The notes below the pieces were generated by a model that did not search any database, was not told the origin of the DNA, and was given only the letters and a program-made list of their open reading frames with translations. A stretch of 64,000 bases of DNA from Bugula neritina. Its lineage: Eukaryota > Animalia > Bryozoa. This document shows, one piece after another, positions 27,370 to 46,283 of this stretch (the first letter of the stretch is position 1; each line of letters opens with the position of its first letter). The stretch is taken from NCBI GenBank assembly GCA_964035545.1, contig OZ037772.1, positions 7,672,889 through 7,736,888 of the forward strand, given 5' to 3'. Made by a program: the position numbers and the translations under genes.

Positions 27370-30300
27370 TTAAGGTCTAGACCGACTTCTTTTAGAGGAT
27401 TGCGACTGTTTCTTGGTTTTCTTTGGTTTTGGAGATTTCTCTTTGCGCCTAACTAAAGAACTCTTTCTTTTTTTAGATTGTGCTGTTTGTGCTCTTGAAA
27501 TAGTGGGTGTCCTTGCATCAGTTAAACCAGGTACCGACATCTCTGGTTGAACAACAATTCCTGAAACATTTTTTGGAGTCATCTGACCTTCTGCTTCTAT
27601 TGGCTGTTGAGAAAATGCTACAGCGGATCCTTTGACTTTGCCCTGGTAAAAACAGAGTATATACATTTATGTGTACATATCTAAAAAAAAAAATCTAAAA
27701 TGACTTTTTCAAATTCAAGTGTACAAAGAAGAATCTTCTTATAAGATGATTTCCAACAAAGTCAATACTATACGCTGCTACAGGTTTTGTTGTAGTTATA
27801 ATTATGATAGTTGTGTTTTAGTGAAACGTTTACTGATAGGTAAATAACTTGCCTCTACTGGAACGCTCAATGACATGTTTGCTTCCAACTTTTGAATATC
27901 AGTTAGTGAGTACTCTTTTACCACTTCATCATACATCAAATAACGCTCTTTGCTTGCTGATGGTTGGAATATTGGGAAAGAAACGTTTCCAATCAGTTTA
28001 GATTCGACAGGATATTCAGCTATTTCCAAATATGAAGCGGACTCTCTAGACAAGGGTGTGGGAATAGAAGATTTTGATTTCGCCGCTGAGGATTGTTTGT
28101 GGGGTTTTGAACTAAGAGATGACACTGAAGTGCGAACTTTCTTCTTCTTACCTTGTGGTATAGAAAACTAAAAAGAGTGAAACGGACAAATTAACATATG
28201 CCGATTATAATAGGTATTAAACAAAGTTAATACTACTATATACAAAACTAGTAATTTACAATTGTATTGTTTTAATTAGCAAAAGTCAGCTGTAAAGTTA
28301 TGTAATACTTGGACCCATTTGAATTTTTTTGCAAAATTCACTGTAAATCTTTGAGAAGTTTATAATATTATTTTGACATATTCCAGCGTTACTCAGTTTC
28401 AATGTATTTTGATTAAAATGTTGTATAGATTCAAATGCTGACTCCTAGTTCATTTCAACAACATATTTTGATTAACATTTAAAGCAATTTGCCAAACTTT
28501 ACTAATAGTTTAGAGCAACTATTTCCTACACTGAAAAAATATTCTGTAACTGTATTAAGAATACTTTATTTCACACATTCAAACACAACTTTATATCACA
28601 CTTGCATGGCCTTAAAGGTTTTTCAAGGGTATGCAAAATTTATTTAAAAAGCCTAAATTCTCATTTCATATAACAAACCGTTACTACATAAAATTCAAAA
28701 TGTATGTAATGTACAGATGTTGGAAAAAACTTGGTAAATTGATTCAATTAAATAATTTGATACTTGATTAGGCTTTGCTGGTAGCTTAACATGTATTCAG
28801 GGTTTAATGCGCCAACCTCTATAAGTTAAAAACAATCAGATTGTTGTGAATAACATTAGTGTTAGTTTTTATACATACACGGTTAGTCGTATTCACTTTC
28901 ACAGCAGCAATTTTAATTTTTAGTTTCTTGTCATCACTAAATGTTTCATTTTCTGAAATTATTATGAAATAATTTTTTTCATGATTTTCAGCTATAAAAG
29001 CAATTAAAACTTACTGTTTTATTCTTCATAACATTTCGAAATACATCTAGCAGGGGTTCAATAAAATTGGAGCACAAAGATATAGAGTGAGAATTCATAA
29101 AGTGTTGATGGATGCTAAAAATGTTTTCTTTTTTTTTATTAAAGAGTTCAAAGAAAATTTGTTACAACAAATAATTCTTGCACTTATAGCTGACAATAGT
29201 ATTAGTTTTTTCTATGATGTCATGCTGTAAACTTTATACCTTACAATAGTAATCCTAACGTTGCAGTATTCCGATAGTCTTATCTTAGCTATTTTATGGT
29301 CTTATCTTAGTTATTACCCACCCAAACAACCAAACATATTAGAAAACCGATGAAAGTTTCAAAAACAATTATTACTTTTACAGACTTACCATCATCACTC
29401 TTGCCAATCCAAGTCTACAAATAATTTTTTATTAAAAATTAACACACAAGAAATGTTTATGATTTATTACTTTACTTCTTGCAAAAATTACTAATATTTT
29501 AGACACCCCTATGTTGATCTTCAAAGTTATATATACAGTGTTTAGAATTTCAGCGGCACAACGTTGTGATACTTGTTTTTTGTTCTTTTACAGAAGAAGG
29601 ATGTTTAAAGTTTTTCAAATTAGTTAACTAATTGCATAAACATATTATTTTAATAATAAAACACTTACCGTGCTTTTTCTACCTCCTCTGCTTGAATTCT
29701 TTGCTTTAAACTTTCTATTATACCCTAAAATATTATCAATAGAATAAGAGATTTTACAATATGCGCAATTACAGACAAACAATTGAGAATACAAAAGTAA
29801 ATTCACAAATACAAACACATGCTCACTTTTGCACATGCATTCAAAAATGAGCGTACACGCAAAGTTTATAGGAGAAAGCACAGATGCAAGCACATGCAGC
29901 ATCATACGCTTATTATATTGTATCAAAGTAGTGTTTTATTTATGGCACACTGTTGCTCCTAGCATTGCATATCGATCATATTTGTGCTATGCAATAATAT
30001 AAAGTAATATTTCAGTTTTTGAAATGTTAAAAACTACACTTTATAGCACTAAGATATAAACTTTTGTTTCTAATTAGATGAATTAGCTATACATTTAGAG
30101 GGAGCAGCGGTAGCTTAGGGGTTAGAGCGTGGTCTAGAGGTTTGAACTCAACAAAAGCCATTGATGATGCTATAAAGAAAATCCAGTCATAATTGCTCAT
30201 GTGCCTCATTGTAATAAGTTATTAGCATAATTTACCAAAACCCATTTCATCAGGGTCTCTCAAAAAGATGGTGACTATAAACTTGCGTATGTTACATATT

Positions 30301-32176
30301 TTAATAAAATTGAAACTTCTTTTTGCTATATCCCACTAATGAGTGATTATTTTTATGACTTCATTGTTAATTTTACCGCTTGCTGGTTTTCTTTTACAGA
30401 TTTTATGACTTTATTCTCACGTCAGGTAAATGATTTTACCAAAAATAACATAAAAAGGCTCGAAAACTCAAGTCAATGACCAACACCTGTAAAATATGGT
30501 CTGGACCTTAATACATAAAATACACTTTTATTTGATGTATTGAAAACAACATGATAAACAAGGTTAAATTTTTTATTCACTCATGAAACAAAAAGCCAAT
30601 ATCTATAATAAACCAATTTATAATTTATAAATAATTTTTTAACAACTTATTTTGGTGGGTGGTAGTTGTTGCAATATATTTTTAAAAGTGGTCGTGTAAA
30701 TTTTATGACTTGTCCAGCTGATTAATGCCAGATATTAAAAAGAAAGCAATTGGACTTATATAAACTATCCATAGCTGTTAAAAACTTACTTTTCCATTTT
30801 CGACAAGCCATGATTGCTATCACAATTAGACTTGTAATAACAATGAATAATCCAAGTACTAACAGGAATGTCTCTCCTGGTTTCCTTTTGAGTTTTTGTG
30901 GTTGAAGAAGTTTTTTTGTCACCTTCTGCACTGGTAGAGAAGTAGTAGCATCTTCATGTAAAAAAATAACTCCGAATTTAGATTGCAATATATTAGTGCC
31001 TGCAGGTACACATATTTTCAATAAATGATTAATAAAACCTGACATAATGAGCAAATACTATAACATTCTTGATTTACATATGGCTGAAAATACACAAGTT
31101 TCTGTTTGTGAATCAAAAATTAAAATAATTTTGAAGCCAGATTTTGTATAACATATACTAACTGTAAAAAAAATTATGCAGCAATTTGCATAAAAAACAC
31201 CAACAATTACTAATAACAGGTTATAGTCACAAGGGTTACAGTATAAGCAAATTTAAATGTGTTATGCATGTTTTATAAGGGCTTATGCATGCACTGTATT
31301 TATACTTCTTCAAATCGATTGACATGTATGCTCTACAAATTAGAGCAAGGATGAATTTGTGGTTGCAATTTTCAAAAAATATGGTTGTGATTTTGTATGA
31401 TGCAAGTACTTTCAAACAGTGAGTGAAAAGACATAATATTTTCAATTATTGAAAGCTTGAAAACGTAGTAAATTATTACGGTTTCATCATTATCATAATG
31501 TGAATGGAGCGCTAAATTCTGCGTTTGGAAATAATTTCATCGAATGAAACTGAGAAAACCAGTTATTAGCCTAAATCAAGTATCAGATGAGGTTTCATCT
31601 ACAAAACCTTCTGTATTTTGACTTTCAGCAACGTTTGTAAAAGTTTCAACATATTTGGTGATGAACAAGGTATAACCAACAATAACTAAATACCTACTTG
31701 AACTCTGCACATCGTTTGCAGCTCTCTTAAACTTTGCATTAATAAACTCATTGGCGTGTGGTTTTTCATCAACTTGAAAGAAACTGTATCTACAAAAATG
31801 CAGCGTAAGTCAAACGATATATTACAAGCAAAACTTTTGACAAGACTAAAATTGGAGTGCCTAATAAATATAATCGCTTGACTAAACGAAAACTACTAAA
31901 AATATGAAAATAGCGACTGAGCTATTGAAATTAAAACTCTTTCATTGCTTTAGAGTAAACTACATATAGCTTCAGCTTCAAATCATTGTAAATAGTATAT
32001 CAGTATGTAACAGTTTGGTAACAGTCTGTTAACAATTTGCTAAGAAGGTAGATGCCACAGTAAATTGAAACAGATGTGTAATATAATAAATTGTAAAAGA
32101 ATGCATAAAAGACTTACTGAGGTTTTGATGTCCTATGTATTGTTTTAGCTGTCACCACTGTTACAGTAACACAAAA
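27370..32176 (-). pseudogene. N3: family member with a decayed NHL exon but intact TM and tail exons
   Basis: Exon 32176-32118 reads FCVTVTVVTAKTIHRTSKP. The NHL exon from 31789 reads YSFFQV..INAKFKR..RYLVIVGYTLFITK..EGFVDETSSDT*FRLITG, with TGA at 31576-31578 replacing the R of ARFG.ITG, followed by another stop and a frameshift. The TM exon 30999-30790 and tail exons 29724-29669, 29414-29390, 29046-29015, 28167-~27802 and 27642-27370 remain open. Confidence 0.7.
30098..30292 (+). mobile_element. tRNA-derived SINE, copy 5
   Basis: AGGGAGCAGCGGTAGCTTAGGGGTTAGAGCG...CCAGTCATAATTGCTC...ATGGTGACTATAAACTTGCGT. Confidence 0.8.
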
Positions 32177-34134
32177 CTAAAAGTAAATATAAGAAATACA
32201 AAATTTGAGTGCTACCCCAAACCCCATTTTTGAGAAATGCGCCTTAATTACATGACTTTTTGGTTCATAGATTTTGTTACAAAGAATTTAATTTTTTTAA
32301 GACTTATGGTCATTATCTGATAAAAATCGCATTTCAGTGGCACGATCACTAAGGCAAAAAATAATTATTGATAAATAGTTAAAAATTTCAGAACTCTTAA
32401 ATTACTTTGGATCAAGAATGATGGTAGCTTTTGCACAAAGCTTAATGTGTAGTTTCAGGCTTAGTAAGTATACAACAAATACTTGTAATCTAGGACGGTA
32501 TACAGTATGATATCTTATATGATAAGTGTTTTAGCTAGTAGTTATACAATAGGTTTAATTTATTTTTTGCAGGGTTTACTGGCTAAGAAATGAAAAGCTA
32601 AATATAGTCAATAGTTAAGTATACTATTTAAAACAGACCAATATAGAAGTATAACAATTCAGGTGATGTTTACCTGTTGGTTATCATTTTAGATAAAATA
32701 TAATTTGTTTAGAGTAGAATTGAAGAACGTATCCATTAAGTAAATTTCAACTCTTACAACATGTTTATAAATTTTGTGCTAAAGAGTGTCCAAGTAACAG
32801 TTTTAAACATGCTTTATACTTCTGTTAAAAATAACAAAATTAAAATTAAAGGAAACAAATAGTATTACCAAATGTGTTGCCGAAATCATGCTTGCATCAC
32901 TTTGTTTTTAATATACTTCAACTTTTATACTGATGAGTGTGAAAATGTAATTAAATACAGGAAATGCTATAGCTATCATTGTTTAGAATAATTTCAAAAA
33001 TTTGGAAACTACAGAGTGTAATTAGGCAAGGTATATTGCATTGTTTTTTAAACTAACATGTTACCTAAAGTTCATGTTCCTTGTCGAATTATGTATTTAA
33101 ATTACTATCAAGTTCTAATTACAGTGCTTTCTGCTGGGCTTTCTAAATAGAAGACAATTATTTTGATTCTTGTTCATTGTATTGTTAGATTTTGCTAATA
33201 ATTTAATCATTAGCATTGGGAACAAACTCCATTTTTCAGATATTTTCATCACAAATGTTCAATTTATGTAAAGTCTATCCAATCTTCTGCCCTTATAGTA
33301 TGTCAAGCAAAAAACACTTGTTACTAATTGCTTTTATTCATTCAACTTGTATTTATTTGTTTTAAATCTGCACAGTGAAAATGAAACCATGGTTTTTTGC
33401 AGATTTCAAACTATATTTATTTTATAAAACCACTACTTATAAATACAGTTTTCTTGTGCTTTTTAATACTAACTCATCACATCAATAACACTAAAAAATT
33501 GCGTAAAATGTTCCGAGTCTTTTCAATTTGCTTGTTTGGCTTATTTGCCTATTTTTTATATCCAACTTGTATTTCTATAGCTGCATAGTTTATTCTGTAA
33601 ACTGGTTTGAAAGTTGATGTCACTCTTTCGAATCAGCACAGCTGCACTAGTTTCATCAAAAAAAATATTTAGTTAGAGAATTGAACAAGGAATATACACT
33701 TATTATATTGCATTGTCACACTAGCTGCATTGTGTTCTGAGCCAACACAGAGTCTTAGAGTTGCTATACCACGATTATTTTGTTTTATGTAATTCAATTG
33801 TCAATTTAGTATTGTAGCTATTGCACAAATTCGCTATTGAAAAATGTTCATAGTAAAATCTATATCAAAAACTTTGTGTATTCCTGTGATAAAAGAAAAC
33901 ACCAGGTGCTGTAAAAGAAAATGTCATTTATTGATTTTAGTAAAAAGCTTCTCAGTGATCGTTGACAGTCATATTTTTGTGCATAATAATTCATTCAACT
34001 GGTTTTGATGTTGCTGTTCTACGTAATTTTGTTAAAAACAAAATATAATATGTTGAACTCTATTTGCTTTATAATAGACAAGGGATTGTTTTTCTGAGCA
34101 CCATTTCATCACATCATCACCATACGCAGGTATT

Positions 34135-40319
<6,185 letters not shown>

Positions 40320-41414
40320 GATACCATTTCCGTAATTGTGAAGAGACAAAATCAAATTTCAACACTGCATGTACTAGAATTTACATATAAAAGTGAAATA
40401 TTAAATACAAATATCTCATAATAAAAATTATTAATTAATGCTCAACATACCTTAAATTCTTTTAAGCTGAGACAATGCAACCTGATATAATGTATAATTT
40501 TATTAAAATAATATACTATATAATATATTTCATATAATATATAGATGCAATATTGCTAGACTGTGTTTATATCTATATTGCAAATACAGCTTTTGTGATG
40601 GACACTTTTATTACATGCTTTATTTGATGTCATGTCAAAGTACATGTAAATTGTTTAAAACATTTTGCAAACTTATTAGATTTCAAACAGCAATAGAAAG
40701 TATAAAAATGAATTTTCCTATTTTGTGACCTGGGTATTGCTAACAAAGATTATTTTTCCTTGATAAATAATCTGTATGACCTTGATTGGTCTTCACCAGG
40801 TCGTGATAAATCAACATACACAATTGCAAAATATTTTTTAGGTTAAAAACTGAATTAAACCTGGAATTTATAATTTATAGATGTGAGAATACTTTTTAAA
40901 CAAATAATTTCAGAAACTCACGCTGAAAGTAAAATACAATTATTATGATTAATAAAATTAGTAAATAAAACAATCACACTTAAGATGACATAATACATTC
41001 TATAGAAGTCATCATCATGTACCTTGGTTAAAGGCCATTTCTTGGAATAGGTCTTGATTGGAAAAAACGCAGGAACCACAAACTTCAAGGTAAACAATGT
41101 TTTTATAATATGTGGGTAACAAGTTCTACATCACCAAAAAATTAAGCATAATAATCTTTTAAATATAAAATATCCACGACTCATGCAACCGTAGCTCATC
41201 TCAGTATTCACAGTTAAATACTAAAATTCATGTAATTTAGTATACAAGATCTGATGCTGCAAATTATTATAATAACATGTATAATTACATCCATCTATGT
41301 AAATCTTATATTCAGTTTAATATAACAAACTGTGTAATAATTAATTTTTTTTCTCAACCATAGTGAAGGAAAAGTTAATTTGTTTAGAAAAATACTCAAG
41401 GTAGATTCTTTCTG

Positions 41415-44367
41415 TCACTTTGCTTTCGCTGCCGGAGCATAATAATAATAGTATGTTCCCGGATCTTGTTCAGCTACTTTGTTTTCTAAAATATTCAAAT
41501 AACAAAGTTTTACAGAATTTTAAAGCTATTATCATGTAGATAATTGTAGAAATAAAGGCTATATGGTTGAAAGTGTTATCTATAACCAATTTTACAGTTT
41601 TCTTTCATATTTGCATGGAATACAAAAGTTTTAAAATATATATGCAATTGATCAATTTTTTTTTTATCTTATTAACAACTCAATAGTATGAGTAGCACAA
41701 TGAATAGCTCAATTGTCATTTTGTTTTGCAATGATTTATGTAAAACGTACAAAAGATGAGTAATTGTTATTAAAGCTTTGTGTGTTCTTGCAACATAAAC
41801 TGATAAGCACATAAACATTATTCTAAATGTTATGAAGAAAAAGCGCAAGCAGGATCTTACAAAGTATTTATACCCCTCTTGAATTTACAATTGCTGTCTA
41901 AGTACTAATTGTGTTGTTCTTTTACTTTACATGCATACGTTTTGTACTTCAAGACCGCTACTTGGACAACACTCTACAAGCAGCAGTCCTTTTTTTGTGA
42001 TATAAAAAATTGCTTTTAAATTGAAACTATATTTTGAGTACTCACCATTAGTGTTTTTCTGATAAGAAACCGCTAATACAGTCAAAGCTACCCCTAACAG
42101 TATTACTAGTAGAGCAAAACCTATGATTGGCACTATGGCGCTGTTTTGATTTTTTCCGTTTTCAGAGGTTGATGTCACAGAAAGAGTTGTTACTGAAGTT
42201 GAGATCTCTGTTGTAAAAGTTGGTGTTGAATTTATTGCTGTTGTACTCTGTGTTGTCGTAGTTGGCGTAGTGGTAGGCGTAGTTGGCGTAGTTGTGGTTG
42301 GAGTTGTCGGCAGTGTTGTTGGGGCAACTAAAATAAAATGATTTTTTGCTAATCGAAATTTAGCAAGTCCAATTTTTTAAAATAAACCTTTGATGCATAT
42401 TGAAAACGCTGTTAAACAGTATATAATTTAAACCATTTATAAAAAAAGTGATTTTAGAGACTTAAAAAGTAAAGCAAGAAATCGTCATCTCTCTTTTAAT
42501 TCTGAAAATAATAGAACTACAAATTGGCACTTTCTGTTAAAAAAACAACTTCCTGATAAATTTTGATGTTTGCAATTCCCGTGAAAAACTATTAAAATTG
42601 AACTCTTTAGAGAAGTTATGGACTGAACTTTACACCACAGCTGCTTCTTGTGATAACGTAAACAGAATTTACTAAATTTAGAGTCACATCATTTTTTATT
42701 GGGCACTTCCTGTTTACGAAAAGTTGCATACGTAACTGAATAAAACTCAGAAAAACTGAATATTACAAAGAAAAATTTGACACAATATTTCAATGCAGTA
42801 AAACCTTTTTTTATGAAACTGCGATGAGCTAAGTATTTTTTTCAAAACGTAAACAATCTACACAATTTTAATCGTTTTTGGATCTATCAAAGCAAAAAGT
42901 TTGACCAATTTTTTTTTTCAAACTTTAAAACAGCTCATGAAAATGTTTACTACGCTAAAGTAGTTTGTTTAATTGAAAATAAATGTCAAAAGCAGAGTCA
43001 AAAACAATTTTTTTTGACAGAACTTATTTTAACAGAACTATCATATTGTTGAGTTGAAAGAAGCAAAAAATTTCCAGTTCGTTAGCAAACAGCATCTGCT
43101 AGATGTACTAGAAACTAGAAAGTTTTTGATGTTCAAGAATCTAAAATGAAAAAAAAAATTCTTTAGCTTATTGATACTTTGAGTAAAAATTGTTTGTAAA
43201 AACTCACTAATGACAATTTTAAATTTAATTATTTGAAATACCCACCTAGAAATGGGAGGGAATAAACGCTATTTTTTGTTAGTATGTAGATGATGTCTGC
43301 TTCTTTAGAAAAATAGATATACCGCAGGTTTGCAATCACGCAGAAGGATAAAGATCTGCTATTAAATAGTACATTCAAGTGGGGCTGTGGAACACACAAT
43401 GTAAAAATTTTGGAAGAACGTAGATTCACCAGTCGTATGACATTGTTCCAGGTATCTGTTACTAACATCAAGTCATTGTTGACTAATAATGCATTTGATA
43501 AATGATTCACTTTAGCTGTAGATAAAAGCCCGTCGTTGTGTCCAAATTTAACTGTTCTAATAATAACTGTTTCACTTTCAATATTTAACCGGGACATTCC
43601 CCTTGGATACATCATATAGATATTACTCTTTGCCGGATCCAGTGCAATTGAATCAACAGCCCTTGATGCCATGTACAGCGTAGTAATTTTCCAAACTCCA
43701 TCTTTATGCAGGTGTCGAACACTGGGATTTTTGTTATCAAAAAACCAAAAATCATCTTCTCCGTAAAGTATCAATTCTAGAGGGAGACCAATGTTTGCAA
43801 TATTCAGAGTGCCATCCTCAAATCCAGGAGATCTACATTTACCTGCTCGCGGTGTGACTGTTTGCGAAAGGAGATTTATTTCACGGATGCAATAGTTGTA
43901 ATAATCTGCAATCAGGATAACATTTTTATCATAAGGAAGAGAGAGGATGCCCCTGATGTGATAAAACCTTGCTTCCGAAAGTGACCCTTCTCTGTAACTT
44001 CCAGCACCGACACTTCCAGTTATGAGCTGCAAATTCATAAAATCAGTAGTTCTGTAGATAGCATTTCCTCTAACAACCAAGAAGGCTCCTAATTCTTTGT
44101 GATCTTGAGTTATTAGACTGAACTCTGCGCCGTCTCGAGAACGGGAGTCAAAAGTATGTATTTTGTTGATCTGATAAAAGTTCCAGCTGTAATAATATAA
44201 TAATCAGATATTTTAGTGTGCACTAGGGTACCAAAAATATGTTAAAGTAGTTGGTTACCTAAAATCAGCATTATAGATAATGAACATACAAAATAGGCAG
44301 CAAACCCCCACACACACGCACACGCACACACGCACACACGCACAAACGCACACACACACACACACAC

Positions 44368-44408
<41 letters not shown>

Positions 44409-45493
44409 CACACACACACACATGCACACACACATGCACACACACATGCACACACACATGCACACGCACACACACGAGTATGAGCATGAACATGAACGTG
44501 TGCATGCACACATACACATACACTGGTATTTGAATTATGTCAACATTGACATAAAAAAATCAACTGAAAATTTTTACCAAGCATGTGCTCTAGCAATGCA
44601 AAAGTAACAGACCTTGTAACTCCCGTACTTGCAAAATTTCATATTATGTAAGTTATCAAAACATAAAAAAGCTTTACGTAAATACTAGAACCAAGCAATA
44701 AATAGCTTATCACATGCATAGAAAAATGGTTTAGGCAAACTTCTTTATAATCTTAAGTTTAGCAACACTGAATTTAATGTATTAGTCGCATTCCTTTTTT
44801 TTTATTTTAATTTCTGTAGAGGGAATATTCAGATTAGGTTTTTTGAGAAAACTGTTCAAATAATGCATGGGTCTGTTTCAACACATTTTTCAACATACAA
44901 GAAAAAACAAACTTTTATATGTAGTATATTTTAAGTACATATTACAATTAGATTGTTTTACCAAGATTTTGTTTAATTCTGCTCTAAAGACAAGTTTTCC
45001 ATGCCATGAAGCATCACTAATTGAGAAGAAACACGCACCATTCACTACATGTACATGTTATGAAAAACTACTATGCACAAAGTATAGAATCACTTTTATT
45101 TATTAAAAGTTTGAACAGAAGTTATTAGATTTATGCAAAAGAAGCATACTTACGGACCGGCAGAATCTTTGCTAAGTAATGATGCTTTGGCAAACGGCCC
45201 AACCACCACTAACTAAAATTTATTACGTAAAGATTAATCCTATAACAGCTATCGTTTGTGTGTAAAATTGTATTAACAATGATGAGGGAGAAAAAAAATT
45301 GGAAAAATAATTTGTCAAATTTTTGACCTCAAATTGTAAAAAAACACCTTCAATAAACAATAAATTTTTCAAGTTGTTTAAAGATGAACCTTTGTGCATT
45401 ATAAAAATTTGTCTGATATTAAACATTTGAAAAGAAAATTTGTTATTTATTTCACAGGCTTACTATGAATAGACGCCGAATCAGAAAGCTCAT
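41415..45493 (-). CDS. N5: NHL-repeat type I membrane protein with a short poly-Tyr tail
   Basis: Exons 45493-45464 (MSFLIRRLFI), 45212-45154 (LVVVGPFAKASLLSKDSAG), 44186-43246 (NHL), 42327-42046 (TTP stalk, TM AIVPIIGFALLVILLGVALTVLAV) and 41485-41415 (ENKVAEQDPGTYYYYYAPAAKAK*). Confidence 0.83.
44309..44523. repeat. Compound (CA)n/(CACG)/(CATG) microsatellite in N5 intron 2
   Basis: Direct reading of the sequence. Confidence 0.9.
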
Positions 45494-46283
45494 TTTTGTT
45501 TATTCAAACAGAAACTTGGGTTATTAGAACTAAACAATTTCAAAAAGAATTTGGAATTCTAAAAATTTTAAATAAAAATTTCTTACAAATTTAAGCAACA
45601 AATCAACATGTTTTTTTTTCAGAATTAGTTGAAGATTGAAGGTTTAGTAGCGATTGTGGACACATACGTTGATTTGCTTTTTTAGTTTTTCATGCACTTT
45701 GCTGTTTTTCCCCTATTTTTGGCAGTTGTGTTTTTTGTAACTAACTGCAATTTTGCTACAAAAATATTTCAGAATTTGGCAATGGTCATGCTGAGTAATA
45801 GAAGACCATAAAACTTTTCAATTAAAAAAAATTGAACAAATCATTTAATTTGATCTTAGTATATTTCAATTTATATACAGTTTTTAAATTTTTTTCACTT
45901 ATATGACTATAAGTAACAGTAAACAATTATCAACTTGCAGGTAAGTGCGCTTTATCAACACCAAAAACACTTTTATGGTTAAAAAAAAATGCTACGTTAT
46001 TATGAGCAGTTAAATTTAGATATTCATTATTTATTGCTATGGTTTTTATTTTACCGAATAATAAATAAATCATTTTAGTTTTATTTGAAGCATGGCATGT
46101 TCTAAAAATTTAACAAAATAAATATTTATATTTTGTATGTTTTAGCATATAAAATAAGTAGAGAAAAAAATTCTTGCTCTGAAAAACCTAAAGTAACAGA
46201 AAATCTTGTTTTTGTTTTGTTTAACTAGCTAGAAGTTGGAATCAATTGCGGAAGCATTATTTTGCTTTGAATTTTTTTCGACT

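Noticed and set aside
32928-32950. Third hammerhead (CTGATGAGTGTGAAA)
   Set aside because: There is no stem II, stem I or stem III pairing.
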